Source: Candidatus Eiseniibacteriota bacterium
Lineage (GTDB): Bacteria > Eisenbacteria > RBG-16-71-46
Length of the DNA stretch: 64,000 nt
Assembly: GCA_031364845.1 (NCBI GenBank)
Contig: JANLWX010000231.1
Span: 51,864-115,863, forward strand
Reading direction: 5' to 3'
A program made the translations under genes and the position numbers. Numbering within the stretch: the first letter of the stretch is position 1; each line of letters begins with the position of its first letter. The notes below the pieces were generated by a model. The model was given only the letters and a program-made list of their open reading frames with translations, was not told the DNA's origin and ran no database searches. Positions 17,566-27,593 of the stretch are shown in pieces.

Positions 17566-20388
17566 TCATCGGACCACCACCATGCGACGGGTGAGCGATA
17601 CGCCGCCCGTGCTCAAACGGTAGAGGTAGACGCCGCTCATGACGCGCTGGCCGGCCGCGTCACGTCCGTCCCATGTGATGCCATGACGCCCTTCGGCGCG
17701 CGGTCCGCGTTCCAGCTCACGCACCAGGCGGCCCTGCAGGTCGAAGATGCGCAGCGTCACGTCCGCCGCGCGGGGCAGCGTGAACGAAACCGTGGCGGGC
17801 GTGCGTGTCGGATTGGGGCGCACCGGAGCGAGCGACACCGAACCCGCATCGATCTCACCCACCGCGAGCGGACCGGAGATCGTGAAGTCGGCGTTGCTCA
17901 CGTCGGATCCCGCGTTGAACGCATGGTCGTGGGCGATGACCTGCACGCGGCAGGTGGAAACCATCGGACCCGCGACGGTCCACGAATAGCTCCCGCTGTT
18001 GGGAACTCCCGCAGCGATCACCGTGGGATACGTCGCTCCGCTGTCGGTCGACAGCAGGATCGACACCGAATCGATCGGGCTCGTATCGGTCGCACTCCAG
18101 GTGATGTTGCGCGTGGATCCGAGCGGCCACGCCTCACCCCCGTCCGGCGCGTTGACCGCGACCACTGGCGGTGCCGCGTCGACGAACGCGCGCCACATGC
18201 TGCGACCGTGCGTGGCGGCGACCAGCCACGAGTTCAGGTTGTCGATCGCGAGATCGTAGACCGCGTTGGAGGGCATCGACGCTCCCGCCAACTCCCAATG
18301 AGCGCCCCCGTCACGCGAGGAGTAAACCCCGAAGTCGGTTCCCAGATAGAGCCGCTCAGGGATGGTGCGCCAGTCAACGGCAAGAGACAGTCCGCGCAGG
18401 AAGCCCGGAAGGTCGCCGGTCGCGTTGGTCCACGTGACGCCGGCGTCGCCGGTCGTCCACACGCGTCCGCCCGACTGCCCATCAAGGCTCACGTAGGCGC
18501 GATCGCTGAAGGCCGGGCCCACCACGATGTCCGTCACCGCCAGCGCCGGCAGCCCGCTGTTGCGGAGGTTCCACGTCGCTCCCCCGTTGACCGTGACCTG
18601 GATGGCGCCATCGCTCCCACCCGCGTAGATCGTTCCGGGATTCGGCCCTCCCGGAGAAACCGTCAGCGCGCGCAGCACGCCGCTCGGCGTGACCGCGAGA
18701 TCCGGACTGATCAGGCTCCAGCTGTCGCCGCGATTGAGGCTTTCGTAGACCCGATAGGTTCCCGCGAGCAGGCGGTTCGGCGTCGCGGGATCGGAGATGA
18801 GCGGGCTGTTGCACCAGTCGGCGCGATCGTTGGTGCCCTGCCAGGGTCCCGAGACGTTGGCGTTGAACCCCGCGCCGAGCCAGCGATACAGGTTCGTCAG
18901 GCGGATGTACGTGGTGTAGTAGTAGCTGGGATCGCTCGATTCGTAGGCGACCGGTCCGCCGTCACCGGCGATCACTTCCGGCCACGCCAATCCCCCGCTG
19001 TACTGCACCGTTCCATTGTCCTGGGTTCCCCCGAGGATCGCGTCCGGATTCGTAGGGTGGATTCCCAACGTGTAGAACTGAGCGATGCCGAGCGTGCTGT
19101 TGCAGTTGATCCAGTGCGCGCCGAGATCGGTGCTCTTCCATACTCCGCCGTCGTTCGCAACCCACAGCGTGCCGTCCGGCCCGAACGTGCCGTAGTGTTG
19201 ATCCGGATGGAGCGTGCTGCCATCGATTCCGGCGGTGATGTCGGTCCACGAGGTGCCGCCGTCGATCGTCTTGACCACGCCCTGAGTGCCGCCTCCGTAC
19301 GGATAGACGCCGCCTGCGATACAGATATTGGCGTCGGTCGGCGATACGACGACGAAGTGGTCGTACCAGCCCTGGCCGCCCAGATAGTTGGGAGCAGCGG
19401 TCTGCTTGGTCCAGTTGGTTCCGCCGTTGATCGATTTGTAGAGCCCCTGCAGCGATCCCGAATTCGTCGCCACGCTCGCATAGAGGATCGAGTTGTTGGT
19501 CGGCGCGATCGCGACCTGAACCCGGCCGACGACGCCGGTCGGCAGTCCGCCCGCGAGCTTTGCGAACGTCAAGCCGCTGTTGATCGATCGCCATACGCCG
19601 CTTCCGTTGCGCGCGACGAACACGCGCGTGGGGTCCGCGGTGCTGATCGCGATGTCGTCACAAGACAGGCCCGCGAGCGTCGTGGTCCACGTGACGCCGC
19701 GGTCCGTGCTGCGGACCACGCCCGAGCTGCTCGTGACGAACACCATGTTGGAATCCGCCGGGTTCACCGCGACGCGCGAGATGTAGGAACCTACAACTCC
19801 CGCCGAGGCGATCTTGGACCACGTCGCACCGGCATCGAGGCTCCGGAACAAACCGTCCCCATAGAAGCTGTCTCCGGAGTAGTGCAGCTCGCCGGTTCCG
19901 TAGTAGACGACGTTCGGATTCTGCGGATCGAGCGAGACGCAACCCGAAGCGAGCGAGGACAGATGATCGGTGAGCGGTGTGAACCCGAGACCGCCATCGG
20001 ACGTTTTCCACACGCCGCCCTGCGCGGCGGCGATGTAGGCGACGTTGCCGTCGCGCGGATCGACGGCAATCGACGACACGCGTCCGGACACACTCGCGTA
20101 GTTCGCCCAGTAGTCGCCGAGGATGGGATAGGGTCCGAGGAATCCCCACGTCAGAGGTCCCATATCGAAGCCGAGATCGGGATCGACGGCACCCAGCGCC
20201 TGAATCTCGAGACGGCCTGCCGCCCGCCGGTACATCTCTTCGAGCGTGATGCGTTCGGGACCGGTTTCGCGCTCGCGATCGCCTTCAGCGGTGCGACCGA
20301 GCGGCTCGGCGTGAACGGGCAGCGTGAAGAGCAGCATGGCGAGGGCGAACCCCGACCAGCAATGCGATGCGAGCGGCCTGCGGGACAT
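17566..20388 (-). CDS. Secreted BNR/Asp-box beta-propeller (VPS10/glycosyl hydrolase-like) with C-terminal FlgD-Ig/T9SS-type domain
   Basis: GGAGG RBS; SGRVSSIAVDP; many [ST]xDxGxxW Asp-boxes; HPDQH; GGTQDNG; tail PNPTR...IFDLQGRLVREL...WDGRD...SGVYLYRL. Confidence 0.9.
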   Translation of the reverse strand: MSRRPLASHCWSGFALAMLLFTLPVHAEPLGRTAEGDRERETGPERITLEEMYRRAAGRLEIQALGAVDPDLGFDMGPLTWGFLGPYPILGDYWANYASVSGRVSSIAVDPRDGNVAYIAAAQGGVWKTSDGGLGFTPLTDHLSSLASGCVSLDPQNPNVVYYGTGELHYSGDSFYGDGLFRSLDAGATWSKIASAGVVGSYISRVAVNPADSNMVFVTSSSGVVRSTDRGVTWTTTLAGLSCDDIAISTADPTRVFVARNGSGVWRSINSGLTFAKLAGGLPTGVVGRVQVAIAPTNNSILYASVATNSGSLQGLYKSINGGTNWTKQTAAPNYLGGQGWYDHFVVVSPTDANICIAGGVYPYGGGTQGVVKTIDGGTSWTDITAGIDGSTLHPDQHYGTFGPDGTLWVANDGGVWKSTDLGAHWINCNSTLGIAQFYTLGIHPTNPDAILGGTQDNGTVQYSGGLAWPEVIAGDGGPVAYESSDPSYYYTTYIRLTNLYRWLGAGFNANVSGPWQGTNDRADWCNSPLISDPATPNRLLAGTYRVYESLNRGDSWSLISPDLAVTPSGVLRALTVSPGGPNPGTIYAGGSDGAIQVTVNGGATWNLRNSGLPALAVTDIVVGPAFSDRAYVSLDGQSGGRVWTTGDAGVTWTNATGDLPGFLRGLSLAVDWRTIPERLYLGTDFGVYSSRDGGAHWELAGASMPSNAVYDLAIDNLNSWLVAATHGRSMWRAFVDAAPPVVAVNAPDGGEAWPLGSTRNITWSATDTSPIDSVSILLSTDSGATYPTVIAAGVPNSGSYSWTVAGPMVSTCRVQVIAHDHAFNAGSDVSNADFTISGPLAVGEIDAGSVSLAPVRPNPTRTPATVSFTLPRAADVTLRIFDLQGRLVRELERGPRAEGRHGITWDGRDAAGQRVMSGVYLYRLSTGGVSLTRRMVVVR

Positions 20389-20610
20389 CGATTCCTCCGG
20401 CAGAGTGGGAAGCATTGCGCCCCATCATGGTAGCCGGGGGTTCCCGGACGTGTCCGCGCGTGGGCTGAAGAATCAGGTGCGCCGCGATTTTACTTCATTC
20501 GCGGGCCGCGGGTGGAACCCAAATCGCGCCCCGGCGGCTGGCCGATCGTTCGCCATCGGGAGTACATTCCGGGCGTTGCTCCCCCGCCGGATTCCTTTCG
20601 AGGAGGCACC

Positions 20611-20964
20611 ATGTCGAGAAACGCCGTGCGTCGTATGGCTCGTGGGTTGTTGTTCGCCACCCTTCTGCTCGCGGGCTGCAAGGGCGGCGGCGTGACGCCG
20701 ATCAAGACGCTGCTCGACGATCCCTCCCAGTACGATCACAAGACGGTTCGCATCGCGGGAACGGTCGAGGAGTCGGCCGGCATTCTCGGATACGGCGGCT
20801 ATCGCCTGAACGACGGCACCGGCACACTCATGGTGGTGACGAATCAGGGTGGCGCACCTCGGACCGGTGCGAAGGTCGGAGTCGAAGGCGAGTTCCGCTC
20901 GGCGTTCACGCTCGGAACCTCGACGATCGCTGCACTGGTCGAGAAGAAGCGCTACACGCCCTGA
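20611..20964 (+). CDS. Small OB-fold-like lipoprotein
   Basis: AGGAGG RBS; lipobox LAGC; TPIKTLLDDP...VRIAGTV...YRLNDGTG. Confidence 0.8.
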   Translation: MSRNAVRRMARGLLFATLLLAGCKGGGVTPIKTLLDDPSQYDHKTVRIAGTVEESAGILGYGGYRLNDGTGTLMVVTNQGGAPRTGAKVGVEGEFRSAFTLGTSTIAALVEKKRYTP

Positions 20965-21010
20965 GTCCTTCACTCGCCGGCGTCCGGCTCGCCGGACGCG
21001 GCGAGTCTCG

Positions 21011-22219
21011 ATGACCTCCACGATCCCCACCGCAGATCCTCGCGAGCGCTGGCGCATCCTCGGCGTGCTGGCCATCGCCGAACTGCTCGGCATGTCGTTG
21101 TGGTTCGCGCCGAACGCGGTGCGCGACGTGCTCGGCGCGCGATGGGCGCTCGATGCCGGGCAGCTCGGGATGCTGACCACCGCCGTCCAGCTCGGCTTCG
21201 TGGCCGGTACGGCGACCGCCGCGACGCTCAACCTCGCCGACCTGTGGCCGTCGCGGTACTACCTCGCGGGTTCGGCACTGCTCGCGAGTGCTGCGAACCT
21301 CGCGTTGCTCCCTGCTCCGGGATTCGGCGTCGCGTTGTTCGCGCGGTTCTTCACGGGCTTCTTCCTTGCAGGCGTGTATCCGCCCGGCATGAAGATGACC
21401 GCCACCTGGTTTCAGAGCGGACGCGGGCTCGCGATCGGGATCATGGTGGGCGCTCTGGGAGTCGGAAAAGCCATGCCCTACCTGGTTCATGCGATCGGCA
21501 CGCCCAGCGTCGAATTCGTGATCGTGACCACGTCACTGGGTGCGCTGCTCGCCGGAATCCTCGTCGCGGCGCTCTATCGTGACGGTCCGTTTCCGTTCGA
21601 GCGGCGGCCGTTCGACCTGCGCCTGGTTGCGACCGTGCTGCGCCATCGCGAAACCCGCCTCGCGACTGCGGGATATCTCGGCCACATGTGGGAGCTGTAC
21701 GCGATGTGGACGTGGATCCCCGCGTTTCTTGCCGCGAGCTTCGCCCATTCCCCGGGCTTCGCATCACCACACGCCGCCGACCTCGCGACCTTCGCAGCAC
21801 TCGCGTCCGGCGCGATCGGCTGCGTATGGGGCGGCATCGCCGCGCGCCGGCTCGGCTACGCGCGCGTGGTCACGATCTCGATGGCGGCGAGCGGTGTGTG
21901 CGCGCTCGCGATCGGACTCCTGTTCGGCGCGAGCCCGTGGCTCGTGATCGCGGCGGTTTGCGTATGGGGATTCTTCGTGGTCGCGGACTCCGCACAGTTC
22001 AGCGCCATGGTCACCGAAGTCGCGCCGCGCCATGCGGTCGGCACTGCGCTCACGCTGCAGACCTCGATGGGATTCCTGCTCACGACCGTGACGATCGCGC
22101 TCGTCCCGATGCTGGTGGAAGCGATCGGATGGCGCTGGGCGTTCGTCGTGCTGGCGCTGGGGCCCGCGTTCGGCATCACGGCGATCGCGCGGCTCGGGGT
22201 CGGAACGAAGCGCCCCTGA
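21011..22219 (+). CDS. MFS transporter
   Basis: About 12 TM segments; MSLWF, AVQLGFV, LAGVYPPGMK, GYLGHMWELYAMW, ADSAQFS and GTALTLQ. Confidence 0.92.
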   Translation: MTSTIPTADPRERWRILGVLAIAELLGMSLWFAPNAVRDVLGARWALDAGQLGMLTTAVQLGFVAGTATAATLNLADLWPSRYYLAGSALLASAANLALLPAPGFGVALFARFFTGFFLAGVYPPGMKMTATWFQSGRGLAIGIMVGALGVGKAMPYLVHAIGTPSVEFVIVTTSLGALLAGILVAALYRDGPFPFERRPFDLRLVATVLRHRETRLATAGYLGHMWELYAMWTWIPAFLAASFAHSPGFASPHAADLATFAALASGAIGCVWGGIAARRLGYARVVTISMAASGVCALAIGLLFGASPWLVIAAVCVWGFFVVADSAQFSAMVTEVAPRHAVGTALTLQTSMGFLLTTVTIALVPMLVEAIGWRWAFVVLALGPAFGITAIARLGVGTKRP

Positions 22220-22221
22220 TA

Positions 22222-23691
22222 TCAGATGTGTGACGCGAGCAGCTCCCGCCCACGCGCCGCGACCGCTTCGACGACCAGATCGAAGTCCTCGCGCCGGCTG
22301 CGATGGTTGACGATCGCGGCCCGCATTGCGTAACGGCCGTTCAGCATCGTCGAAGTCAGCACCGCGATGCCGCGCTCCTGAAGATCGATCAGGATCGTCT
22401 CGTTGAGCGCGTTGAGCCGCTGCTCGTCGAGGCCGTCCGCCCGGAACCGGAACACCGCGATGTTGAGCTCGACCGGCGCCATCAGTTCGAGATCGGGATG
22501 GTGCCCGACCTGTTCCGCGAGATACTGAGCCTGGGCCGCGTTCTGCTCGATCAATTGCGCGTAGCGGCGCACGCCGTGCTCCTTGAGCGACATCCATACT
22601 TTGAGCGCGCGGAAGCCGCGCGAAAGCTGCATGCCGTAATCGCTGAACCACACCGACCCGCCCGAGGTCCCGCGCGTCGCGTGCGTGAGGTAGTCGGCCG
22701 GTGACACGAATGCATTGCGATGTTGTGCCGCGTCGCGCACCAGCACGCAGCCGGCTTCGTACGGCATGTACATCCACTTGTGCAGATCGAACGCGAGCGA
22801 GTCGGCGCGTTCCATGCCGCGCACCTTGTGACGCAGCTGTGGTGACAACGCCGCCAGCGCGCCGAACGCGCCGTCGACGTGGAACCACAGATCTTCCGTC
22901 CGGCACAGATCGGCGAGGCGTTCGAGATCGTCGACCGCACCGGTGTTGACGGTCCCGGCATTGCCGACCACGCAGAACGGATGCAATCCCGCGGCACGAT
23001 CGGAGCGGATCGCCTCGACAAGTGCGCCGTGGTCGATCTTGAACGCCGCGTCCACCGGCACCACACGCACGCCCGCGCGTCCCAGTCCGAGCAGTGCCGC
23101 GGCCTTCTTCACCGAGTTGTGCACCTCGCTCGACGCGTAGAGCACCATCGGACGCGGTGCCGCCGCGAGCCCGCGCTCTCCGACCGCGACCTCGGCGCGC
23201 GCATCGCGCGCCACTGCGAGCCCGACGAAGTTCGCCATCGAGCCGCCGCTCACGAGGATGCCGCTCGAGGCTTCGGGGTATCCGAGCATCTGCTTGCACC
23301 AGTCGAGCACCTGGACTTCGACATGAGGTGCGGCGTGCTCGGCGCCGCCAACGTTGGGATTCATGGTCGCCGCGAGGTATTCGCTCAAAGCGCCCATCGG
23401 AGTTCCGGTTCCGATCACCCACCCCCAGAACCGCGGGTGGATGTTGCCGAGCGGATACGGCAGCACGAAGCGCTGGAAGTCCTGGTAAGCGCGCTCAGCG
23501 CCTTGCGGCTCGAGCGGCAGCGGCGAACGCAGGGCATCGAGTGCTTCGGCCGACAGCGGCTGCCACGCCGGCCGCTCTCGGACGGTGGCGAGATAGGTGA
23601 CCATATCGTCGACCGCGCGATGCGCGAGCGCGCGGAACGCGTCCCAGTCCGCCGGGTCGAGGGTGATTTCGGTCGCGGAGTGCGCGGGCAT
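22222..23691 (-). CDS. Group II PLP-dependent decarboxylase (aromatic-L-amino-acid decarboxylase-like)
   Basis: HPRFWGWV, SGGSMAN, GNAGTVNTGAVD, HVDGAFG, ADSLAFDLHKW (PLP Lys) and SRGFRALKVW. The frame stays open upstream to 24072 (see findings). Confidence 0.93.
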   Translation of the reverse strand: MPAHSATEITLDPADWDAFRALAHRAVDDMVTYLATVRERPAWQPLSAEALDALRSPLPLEPQGAERAYQDFQRFVLPYPLGNIHPRFWGWVIGTGTPMGALSEYLAATMNPNVGGAEHAAPHVEVQVLDWCKQMLGYPEASSGILVSGGSMANFVGLAVARDARAEVAVGERGLAAAPRPMVLYASSEVHNSVKKAAALLGLGRAGVRVVPVDAAFKIDHGALVEAIRSDRAAGLHPFCVVGNAGTVNTGAVDDLERLADLCRTEDLWFHVDGAFGALAALSPQLRHKVRGMERADSLAFDLHKWMYMPYEAGCVLVRDAAQHRNAFVSPADYLTHATRGTSGGSVWFSDYGMQLSRGFRALKVWMSLKEHGVRRYAQLIEQNAAQAQYLAEQVGHHPDLELMAPVELNIAVFRFRADGLDEQRLNALNETILIDLQERGIAVLTSTMLNGRYAMRAAIVNHRSRREDFDLVVEAVAARGRELLASHI

Positions 23692-24127
23692 GGTGTGAGA
23701 TTCAACCGGGCGGTTCACCGTCCAGGCCTCTCGTGATGCGCGAAGGGCGCCGATCACTCCCCCGCGCGGTCTGTTCGGCTCGTCGATCGAGGAATCAAGA
23801 TAGTCGAATCCGCGCGTCCGTCGTACTGAACATCCCCGTGAAACTTCCGCAACCGGGGGTGGTTCGATCCGCGGAGTCTCGATCTCGGGCTCGCGGATTG
23901 GCGCCGGATCGGGTTTTGGCTCCTCGACCGGCCACGAAGTGCCCGGCTCTTTCATCGGAGGCTTCCGGCCCGGCTCACGGATAGGAGCGTGATCCGACCG
24001 CCCGGGTTCAACCGTTTCCGACTCCCCGTTCCGTGAGCCCGCTCGCGTGTTCCGGTTCGTACGCATGGTCATTTGCCTCCCCCCATGTCCCTTACGTTCA
24101 TGCGGCGCGTGACTTGCAAAGGCGTAA

Positions 24128-24143
24128 TGCAGGGCGCACGCCA
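24128..24143 (-). promoter_or_regulatory. Sigma54-like -24/-12 promoter
   Basis: TGGCGTGCGCCCTGCA (GG-N10-GC), about 55 nt upstream of ATG 24072. Confidence 0.5.
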
Positions 24144-24218
24144 GCGCTAATTCTGATCGGAGTCGCGAAGGCCTCGTGTGAGGGTTGATTTCTTCTCAAC
24201 TTACATCCCAATAGGTGC

Positions 24219-25010
24219 TTGCGCATGCATGTCAACGTTTCGATGGAACCATCGGTCCCCCGCGCCGGTGGTCCACGTGTGCACATTCAACGGGGACTCC
24301 CACACCCAGAATTACCAGAGACGTCCCTCCGGGCAGTACGCCGGGCGGTCATCTTCGACATCGACGGTACTTTGGTGGACAGCAACGACGCTCACGCCTT
24401 TGCATGGGTCGATGCGCTCAAGGCTTCGGGATTCGCCATCGCGTTCCCACGGGTTCGTTCACTGATGGGAATGGGACCGGAGAAGTTGCTGCCCGAACTC
24501 GCCGGGATCACGCTCACGAGTGCAATCGGGCGCCGGATCCATCAGGCGCGCGGGGAATTCTTCGAATCCCGGTATCTCCGAACGATCCGGCCCTTCGCGC
24601 GAGCGCGGGAACTCGTGCTACGGATCCTCGACGCGGGTTTCGTGCCGGCGGTAATCAGCCACTCGAACCATGATCATGTCGATCGGCTGCTGATGTTGGC
24701 GGAGGTCGCCAGCCTGCTGAAACTACGCATTCTATCGGAGTCCTCCCCTGCGTCGCGGCCCCTGTCGGAGCTCATGTTTTTCTCGCTCCAGGCGCTGGGA
24801 GTCACGGCCGCGAGTGCCGTCGCCGTCGGAGCCACGCCCCATGGCATCGCCGCAGCGCAACGCGCCGGCGTGAGCGCGATCGCGTTGCGCTGCGGCGGAT
24901 GGGACGACCACGAGCTGACGGGAGCGGCGGCCGTGTATCAGGACGCCGCAGAACTTTTGTCACGATTCGACGACTCGATGCTTTCGGGTCAAGCTTATAA
25001 GGAGAGCTAG
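24219..25010 (+). CDS. HAD-family hydrolase-like protein with degenerate motifs III and IV
   Basis: AVIFDIDGTLVDSNDAHAFAW motif I is intact; later motifs read SRP and VGATPHG. Start uncertain. Confidence 0.82.
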   Translation: MRMHVNVSMEPSVPRAGGPRVHIQRGLPHPELPETSLRAVRRAVIFDIDGTLVDSNDAHAFAWVDALKASGFAIAFPRVRSLMGMGPEKLLPELAGITLTSAIGRRIHQARGEFFESRYLRTIRPFARARELVLRILDAGFVPAVISHSNHDHVDRLLMLAEVASLLKLRILSESSPASRPLSELMFFSLQALGVTAASAVAVGATPHGIAAAQRAGVSAIALRCGGWDDHELTGAAAVYQDAAELLSRFDDSMLSGQAYKES

Positions 25011-25270
25011 TGTCCATCTCAGGGAAAGTCATGCACGACTCGACGTTTATACGTGAATTATCGCCAGAGGAGCGCGCGATCGCGGTCCGTTCCCGAACGG
25101 GTGACCTGATGCCTGACGGTTCGGTGCTGTTGAAGAGCCCGGACATGGATCGCATGGGCCTGCGGGCGTTACGCGAGTGGATCGATCAGAAGATCGTGCG
25201 CGAGCACACGACGATCGCCCTCGGCACGCTGTCAGCGCTGCGGCAGGCGACGCGCGACGAGATCGTGTGA
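25010..25270 (+). CDS. Small hypothetical protein
   Basis: AAGGAG RBS; GTG overlaps the HAD TAG; the 3' end overlaps the convergent yihY. Confidence 0.5.
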   Translation: MSISGKVMHDSTFIRELSPEERAIAVRSRTGDLMPDGSVLLKSPDMDRMGLRALREWIDQKIVREHTTIALGTLSALRQATRDEIV

Positions 25271-26182
25271 TGCTGCTTCGGCGAGCGGAACGTTCGGAGG
25301 CGCCGGCCCGCGCGCTGCAGGCGGCGTGACGACGACCTTGGGTTCCGCACGGCGCCGGACGAGTTCCTCGCACACGCTCGACATCTCGGCGCCGATCAAA
25401 AGAATCATCGCCGACAGGTAGACCCACAACAGGAACAGCATGACGGTTCCGAGTGCCCCGTAGAGCAGCTCGACCTGGCTCCAGTTGGCGACGTACCAGG
25501 TGAACCCGTGCTTCGCGAGCTCGAACAGAAGCGTGGCCACGAGCGCCCCGGGCCACACGTCACGGAAGCCATGCCGGACATTCGGCACGTAGCGGTAGAG
25601 AAACAGCAGCGCGACGAAAGAGATCAGCGCCGGAAAGGCGAAGGCGGCGGCACGCCACATCAAGTCGACCGTCGCCGAATGACCGCCCGTCACGATCACG
25701 CTCGCATTGCGCAGCGAGTGCAGCGCGATCGTTCCGGAAATCGAGATCGCGATCAGCAGCCCGAGCCCGACGACCGCGGCCAGATCGAGCAGATGCTGAC
25801 GCACGAGGCTTCGCCCGCGCCGGATGCCCCACGCGAGATTCAAGGAATCGCGGATCGTCCCGAACAGTCCGAGAGCGGGCCACAGGAGCCCGATGATTCC
25901 GAGGATCGTGAGCGGCGCGCTCGCATTGCTCACCGCGCGCAGCGAGTCGATCACGAGCCCGGCCTTGATCGGGACATTCGCGAGAACGCCTTCGAGCACG
26001 CGCTGCTGGATCTGGGGGACGCGGATCATGAATCCGAAAGTCGCGATCAGGAGCGCGACGATCGGGATCACCGAGAACAGAACGTGGTAGGCGATCGCGG
26101 CCGCCATCTGCGGGCACCGATCTGCGAGGAATTCGCGCGCGGTGCGTCGCAGGATCGTGGCAGTGGTCGAGAGGATGCTCAT
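25232..26182 (-). CDS. YihY/virulence factor BrkB family membrane protein
   Basis: AAAIAYHVLFSVIP, LNLAW, LYRYVPN, VWPGAL and YGALGTVMLFLLWVYLSAMILLIGAE. Confidence 0.93.
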   Translation of the reverse strand: MSILSTTATILRRTAREFLADRCPQMAAAIAYHVLFSVIPIVALLIATFGFMIRVPQIQQRVLEGVLANVPIKAGLVIDSLRAVSNASAPLTILGIIGLLWPALGLFGTIRDSLNLAWGIRRGRSLVRQHLLDLAAVVGLGLLIAISISGTIALHSLRNASVIVTGGHSATVDLMWRAAAFAFPALISFVALLFLYRYVPNVRHGFRDVWPGALVATLLFELAKHGFTWYVANWSQVELLYGALGTVMLFLLWVYLSAMILLIGAEMSSVCEELVRRRAEPKVVVTPPAARGPAPPNVPLAEAASHDLVARRLPQR

Positions 26183-27189
26183 GACCTGGTCCCCGGGCGG
26201 ACCAGGGCGAGCAGGGCGCGCTCACTTCGCGCGAGTCCGCGGCCGCTGCCGCGCGTGATCGCCTCGGTGCTCGCGAAGTAACTTCGAGTCGGCAAGCCGC
26301 GCGCGTGTCGCTCGAGCAGCACGTCGAAGATATAGGACGCGCGGCATACGGCCGGAGTGTTGCCGAGGTGGCAGGCCACGTCGCGGACGGCGGCCGTGAT
26401 CTGACGGCGGCGCTCGCGCGGCGAATCGGCCGGGGGCGTCTTCGCGAGCGCGCATGCGCACAGGAGATTCGCCGCCCACGTCCGGAAATCCTTCGCGCTG
26501 AACGCCTCTCCCATGATCGCCTTGATGTACGCGTTGATGTGCGAAGCCCGCACGTCGATCATCGCGCCGGTGTCATCGCGAAATTTGAAGACCTCGCCCG
26601 GAAAGCGCATCAGCTCCCGCACCAGACGTGCGACGCGGCGATGACGCAATTCGCGCTGATGCCGCTGTCGCGACTTGCCCATGAAATCGAATCTTACGAA
26701 CTCGCCCGCCGTGGAAACATGGCGCCGGCCGAGCGTGGCGATTCCATAACTACCGTTCTGGCTCGCATACTGTTCGCTCCCCGGTCGCATGAAGCACGTG
26801 CTCAGAATCGTGAGAATTCCCGCGAGCACCTTTTCGCGCGGCAGTCCCGGAAGCGCGAGATCGCGGCGCACCGCTCTTCGCATGCTCGGAAGTGCTTCGA
26901 GAAAACGCGCGAGGCGCTGTTGCTTGCTCCGTTCACGTCGCGCGACGTGGGCGCGATGATACAGGTATTGCCAGCGGCCCGCGGCGTCGAGCCCCGCCGC
27001 CTGCACGCGTGATCGCGGCGATGGATGGATGGCGACGTCGGTCCAGGCCGGCGGAATGCGCAGCGCGTCGATTCGTTCGCGATCGGAGCGCGCGACACCC
27101 TTCCCATCCGCGCGGCGATAACGAAAGCCGCGCCGGGGCGAGCCTAATCGGCGAATCCCGGATCCCTGCAACCGTTCGATGATCGTCAT
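26179..27189 (-). CDS. Bacterial DNA topoisomerase IB
   Basis: IPPAWTDV, GLDAAGRWQYLYH, MRPGSEQY, SYGIATL, FMGKS, FSAKDFRTW and HLGNTPAVCRASY (catalytic Tyr). Confidence 0.95.
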   Translation of the reverse strand: MTIIERLQGSGIRRLGSPRRGFRYRRADGKGVARSDRERIDALRIPPAWTDVAIHPSPRSRVQAAGLDAAGRWQYLYHRAHVARRERSKQQRLARFLEALPSMRRAVRRDLALPGLPREKVLAGILTILSTCFMRPGSEQYASQNGSYGIATLGRRHVSTAGEFVRFDFMGKSRQRHQRELRHRRVARLVRELMRFPGEVFKFRDDTGAMIDVRASHINAYIKAIMGEAFSAKDFRTWAANLLCACALAKTPPADSPRERRRQITAAVRDVACHLGNTPAVCRASYIFDVLLERHARGLPTRSYFASTEAITRGSGRGLARSERALLALVRPGTRS

Positions 27190-27303
27190 GGCGCCCTCGC
27201 GAGTGCGCCGGCCCACAATCGGGAGGATCGTGCTTCGACGCGTGTTCTTGCGCCCCGGCGCGGGGCCCGGACGATGACATGGAAATCACATCTCGCAGAC
27301 TAC

Positions 27304-27319
27304 AGCACGGTATGTGCCA
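27304..27319 (-). promoter_or_regulatory. Sigma54-like -24/-12 promoter for topoisomerase IB-yihY
   Basis: TGGCACATACCGTGCT, close to the consensus TGGCAC-N5-TTGCW. Confidence 0.6.
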
Positions 27320-27510
27320 CTGCGATTCATTGGCATTGCGGCCTCAGCACGTCGAATCCACGCCTGCAGAGCCTTCGCCGCTGGCTGGACGCACACCGGC
27401 GAATGAAAAATCTGCCCGTGCGATGTAAGCCGGCGCAGTCCCGGCAGCGGTCAGAGTCCGCTCTCCGATGAAAAACCCGGGGAAACACACGGCGAGCCTG
27501 ACCTGATGGC

Positions 27511-27526
27511 TGGCATGGAAGCTGCG
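27511..27526 (+). promoter_or_regulatory. Sigma54-like -24/-12 promoter for glycosyltransferase(-tamAB)
   Basis: TGGCATGGAAGCTGCG (GG-N10-GC), about 70 nt upstream of ATG 27594. Confidence 0.55.
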
Positions 27527-27593
27527 AAACCGTGCGGCATTCGAGGTCCTTTCAGATCGTCATCGCACGACATCCAACCGAGGGAGCCACACC

